Positions 60,316 to 64,000 of a stretch of DNA of 64,000 nt are shown here, piece by piece (position 1 is the first letter of the stretch; every line of letters starts with the position of its first letter). Source of the stretch: Acidobacteriota bacterium (lineage in GTDB: Bacteria > Acidobacteriota > UBA6911 > RPQK01 > JAJDTT01); NCBI GenBank assembly GCA_965263035.1, contig OZ253580.1, positions 96,001-160,000 on the forward strand. The letters run 5' to 3'. Made by a program: the position numbers and the translations under genes. Below the pieces are notes generated by a model, which saw only the letters and a program-made list of their open reading frames with translations, was not told where the DNA came from and ran no database searches.

Positions 60316-61584
60316 CTATCGATCACCCAAGGCTTCCGCCTGCCGTTCGAAGCTCTTATCGACCACTGCGGAACCAATCGAATCGCCGAAGACGTTCACC
60401 GCCGTCCTGAAACGATCTAGGAGCCAGTCGACCGACAGGATCAGCCCGATATATTCGACAGGTAATCCGACCGCGTTCAACACGATCACCATCGTGACCA
60501 GCCCGGCTTCGGGAATGCCCGCGGCTCCGATAGCCGCCATGGTAGCAGTGACGGCAATCACAAGCTGCGAGGTGATCGTGAGCTCAAACCCAATCGCCTG
60601 TGCGATGAATATGGCAGCCGCGGCCTCATAGAGGGCGGTGCCATCCATATTGATCGTGGCACCCAAGGGAAGAACGAAATCGGAGGATTGTTTCGATACC
60701 TTGGCCTTTTCGACAGCACAATTCATCGTGATCGGCAGCGTTGCCGTTGAACTTGCAGTTGAAAAGGCCGTCAGTAGAGCCTGGGACATCTGGTACATGA
60801 AACGGAACGGGTTCCTTCGGGTGAAGATCCACAGGATCAAGGGAAGCGTTAAAAATGCATGGACCCCCAGCCCGGCAAGGACCGTTCCAAAGTACGCTCC
60901 AGTCTGTTGCAGAACCGCTCCCAGATTTCCCCCAGCCTGGGCTTCACCAAAGCGGGCAGTCACCAGGCAGAAGATTCCGAACGGGGCCAGTTTCATCAGC
61001 AACAGGATGAACGACAAGAGCGCTTCGTTGACTTGGACGATTATCTTGGTAAGCGCCTGGACTCGGGTGCCCATTGTCGTGAGCATTCCGGCAAAGATGA
61101 TCGAGAAGAAAATCAGCGGTAGCAGGCTGGTCTTGGCTGCCGACTCGATCAGGTTGTCGGTAAAGAGCATCAGGACCAAGCCCCGAAGGATTGTTCCCAG
61201 GTCCGCATCTTCCCGGCCAGCAGTGCTCACCTGACCCTCCGCGAGGCTCGCGTCCAGGGTCGTCTGGTCGACACCGACACCAGGTTGAATCAAATTCACC
61301 ATAAGCAGACCCACGATCACAGCCAGGACGGTTGTCATCAGGTAGTAGGTCACCGCAAAACCGCCGGGGCGGCCCAGTTTTCGAATGTCGCCGAGTCCAA
61401 TGATGCCGCTCATCACGCTGGCCATCACCAGCGGAACGACCATCATCGTGAGCAGGTTGAGGAATATCTCACCCCCAAGCTCGAACTGCATTGCAAATCC
61501 CGGAGCAAAAACAGCCAGGAGGATGGCCACAACAATCGCAACGGCGATGTACAAGGTCAGACGGCTCTTCGGTTTATCGGGCAT
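60316..61584 (-). CDS. Dicarboxylate/amino acid:cation symporter (DAACS), copy 2
   Basis: Same protein sequence as 45108-46376. Confidence 0.95.
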   Translation of the reverse strand: MPDKPKSRLTLYIAVAIVVAILLAVFAPGFAMQFELGGEIFLNLLTMMVVPLVMASVMSGIIGLGDIRKLGRPGGFAVTYYLMTTVLAVIVGLLMVNLIQPGVGVDQTTLDASLAEGQVSTAGREDADLGTILRGLVLMLFTDNLIESAAKTSLLPLIFFSIIFAGMLTTMGTRVQALTKIIVQVNEALLSFILLLMKLAPFGIFCLVTARFGEAQAGGNLGAVLQQTGAYFGTVLAGLGVHAFLTLPLILWIFTRRNPFRFMYQMSQALLTAFSTASSTATLPITMNCAVEKAKVSKQSSDFVLPLGATINMDGTALYEAAAAIFIAQAIGFELTITSQLVIAVTATMAAIGAAGIPEAGLVTMVIVLNAVGLPVEYIGLILSVDWLLDRFRTAVNVFGDSIGSAVVDKSFERQAEALGDR

Positions 61585-61888
61585 TGTGTAACCTCTCCGA
61601 GTTCGATGCGACGACTCTGCTTTCGCTTGGCGACGATGAACCATCATTATGCTCTTGCCAAGCCTGAAAAAACTAGCGAACGAGCATCGCTGCGTTCCGA
61701 GGACAAGAATCGGCCCCCAAAGGCCGCTCAACGGCCCCGAGTGGTTCTTACTCTGGCAGCCGTGGGAAAATGGATAGGAGGAGGCTGTTAGTGCTCTACT
61801 TAAAGTTCTGCCCTTCAGTATCGCGGACAAACTATTGGACGGCATCCGGCGGCAGATCGAGATCGACTTTCCAGCCCAGATCCGCCAA

Positions 61889-63155
61889 TGACCTTGCCCC
61901 CTAAAACGAGTCCAGTTTGAATGTTAGGATTTTCGGTTTAGGAAGGAGGCAAGGATGGCACGGAAGCGGTTTACGGCAGAATAGATCATTATGAAGCTGC
62001 GTGAGGCAGAGGTGGGTCTGGCCCAAGGACAGACGGTGGGACAGGTGTCGAAGCAGATCGGGGTGACCGAGCAGACCTACTACCGGTGGCGCAAAGAATA
62101 CGGAGGGCTGCGGATGGACCCGGCCAAACGGTTGAAGACCTTAGAGCAGGAGAATACCCGGTTGAAGAAGCGGGTAGCGGATCTGTCTTTGGACCAGCAG
62201 ATCCTGAAGGAAGTGGCCTCGGGAAACTTCTAGGCCCGGCGAAAAGGAGACGCGCCGTGGTGTGGGTACGAGAGAGATCAGGAGCCGAGCGAGTTTCCGA
62301 ACGTCGGGCCTGTCGAGTGCTGGGGCAGGGTCGGTCGACCCAGCGAAGGGAAAGGCATGTTCGCGATGATGAGGCCCGATGGGTGGCCGAGATCGTGGAT
62401 TTGGCCACCCAATAGGGCCGGTACGGATACGGAAGGACCACGGCAATACTTCATCGGAAAGGGTGGAAGGTAAATCACAAGCGGGTCGAGAGGCTCGAGA
62501 GACAGGAGGGGCTGAAAGTCCCGTCCCGACAGCCAAAGCGAAGGAGACTATGGTTTCATGATGGATCCTGTGTTCGGTTACGAGCGGCTCCTAAGGATCA
62601 GGTCTGGAGCTATGACTTTGTCCCTGAGCGAACCCATGATGGACGGGCCTTTCGGCTGTTGACCCTCCTGGATGAGACCACTCGAGAGTGCCTGACGATT
62701 CATGCCAAACGACAGATGAATCATCAGGACGTGTTGGACCGATTGGCGGAGTTGTTCGTGAATCGGGGAGTACCGGAATACGTTCGATCTGATAACGGTT
62801 CAGAGTTCACAGCACAGGCGGTCAGGGATGGGCTCAAGGCTGTAGGGGGGAAGACGTTGTACCTCGAGCCCGGTAGCCCCTGGGAGAACGGGTATGTGGA
62901 GAGCTTCAATGGAAAACTCCGGGATGAGTTGCTGAATCTGGAGGTCTTCGACACGCTGTGGGAGGCGAAGGTATTGGCCGAGAGATGGCGTCGGGAGTAC
63001 AACCAACGTCGGCCTCACAGCGCCTTGGCCTATCGGCCTCCGGCGCCAGAGGCCAAACTCCCCAGGTCGCAGGCATTGGGTCCTATCCCTTGGAGTGGCC
63101 TTCAAATGGTCCCGGGGCTAACTTAGAGGGTGATACCACTCGTGGGGGCAGGTCA
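61889..63155 (+). mobile_element. IS3-family (IS407-like) element, inactivated
   Basis: Ends TGACCTTGCCCCC... / ...GGGGGCAGGTCA. orfA from 61955 has a TAG at 61982; orfB (WSYDF, RSDNGSEF, PGSPWENGYVESFNGKLRDE) has a stop near 62413. No TSD. Confidence 0.88.
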
Positions 63156-63194
63156 GGACAGATCCAGGTTTCTCTGTGAGGGTGGGGGCTATCC

Positions 63195-64000
63195 GTGATC
63201 AACCAAAACACAGAGGCTGCGTGGGAATATCACAACGCCACCAAGCATTCGCCGTCGAGTGTCCGGGCCAATACACACCGTATGGATTGGTCCATCAAAC
63301 CCCTTCCGTTCAAGATTTACCCCAAACTGGAGCCGATCCGGCTGGATCCGTCGATTGCCGGAACCGAAGTTCCGGCTCTTGTGGCCCTGTCGGCCACCGA
63401 GGTCGACTCGGAAACCGAAGCCGCTCCGAACCTCGAGCAGCTGGGGCAGTTGCTGTACCTTTCGGCGGGTGTCACTAAGAAAGTCGATTATCCGGGCGGG
63501 ACCCAGTACTTCCGTGCCGCATCCTGCACGGGCGCACTCTATGAGTTCGAGTTGTACATCGTATGCGGCGATCTCAATGGGCTCGACGCAGGCGTTTACC
63601 ACTTCGGTCCAGGCGACTTGAGCCTTCGCCGACTGCGCGAAGGCGATTATCGGGGTGTGCTGGCCGGGGCAGCCGGAAATAATCCGGCCATCGCCGGCGC
63701 TGCTGCGGTCCTCATCTGCACCGGCACTTACTGGCGGAACGCCTGGAAGTATCAGGCTCGAACGTACCGTCATTTTGGCTGGGATAACGGCACGATTGTT
63801 GCGAACACGCTGGCCGTTGCCGAGGCTCTCGGTCTCCCGGCGCAAGTGACGTGTGGTTTCATCGACGCTGATGTCAATCGTCTGCTCGACCTCGACACGG
63901 AACACGAGGTGGCGTTTTCGATGATTCCGCTGGGGAGTCAATCCGTTTCCCAACCAGCGTCTCCAAAGCACATTCCACCACTGAATCTTGAGACGGTACC
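63195..64000 (+). CDS. SagB/ThcOx-family dehydrogenase (nitroreductase fold), partial
   Basis: GTG start; YHNATKHS...DWS.KP.PFKIY, FRAASCTGALYEFELY, GVYHF and WRNAWKYQARTYRH..WD.G motifs; runs off the window end. Confidence 0.88.
   Translation, partial: MINQNTEAAWEYHNATKHSPSSVRANTHRMDWSIKPLPFKIYPKLEPIRLDPSIAGTEVPALVALSATEVDSETEAAPNLEQLGQLLYLSAGVTKKVDYPGGTQYFRAASCTGALYEFELYIVCGDLNGLDAGVYHFGPGDLSLRRLREGDYRGVLAGAAGNNPAIAGAAAVLICTGTYWRNAWKYQARTYRHFGWDNGTIVANTLAVAEALGLPAQVTCGFIDADVNRLLDLDTEHEVAFSMIPLGSQSVSQPASPKHIPPLNLETV

Larger units (their letters stand above)
59561..61889. repeat. 2329-bp duplicated cassette, copy 2
   Basis: Matches 44353-46681; right end cut by the IS3 starting at 61889. 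Confidence 0.95.

Noticed and set aside
63195-64000. SagB-type dehydrogenase as a RiPP cluster
   Set aside because: No YcaO or precursor peptide visible; standalone SagB-like nitroreductases are common; context is cut by the window edge.

Overview
High-GC bacterial window. The Acidobacteria-type VWA protein, the DUF1549/DUF1553 + DUF1501 pair and the eukaryote-like domain proteins suggest an Acidobacteriota genome, possibly host- or sponge-associated; this is inference. Two ordinary core blocks lie at about 4.6-18.4 kb and 50.3-53.6 kb, with tRNA-Lys(TTT) and tRNA-Ser(GGA), and the rest is heavily mobile DNA. A ~31.8 kb island is bounded by a duplicated tRNA-Ser 3' end (18511-50329). It carries a 5595-aa mosaic surface protein, a broken hybrid sensor kinase/regulator, and remnants of a type I R-M locus, an integrase, an LRR gene and a putative portal gene. 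A second integrative element starts at about 53.7 kb with an intact P4-like integrase and a MITE-disrupted alpA. IS1380, IS630, IS3, IS6, IS1634 and IS1182-type elements and at least four toxin-antitoxin pairs are present. The most unusual signals are: (i) solitary type I-E CRISPR repeats, with no cas genes, exactly at the left breakpoint of a 2.33 kb duplicated IS6-transporter cassette, one copy possibly forming a mini-array beside an orphan membrane-protein gene; (ii) a three-copy 163-bp CTAG-targeting MITE, one copy fused end-to-end to an intact IS1182-family element with related ends; (iii) the giant adhesin, which shows module shuffling and a tandem uncharacterised C-terminal domain. All family assignments come from motif recognition by eye; no database searches were run.
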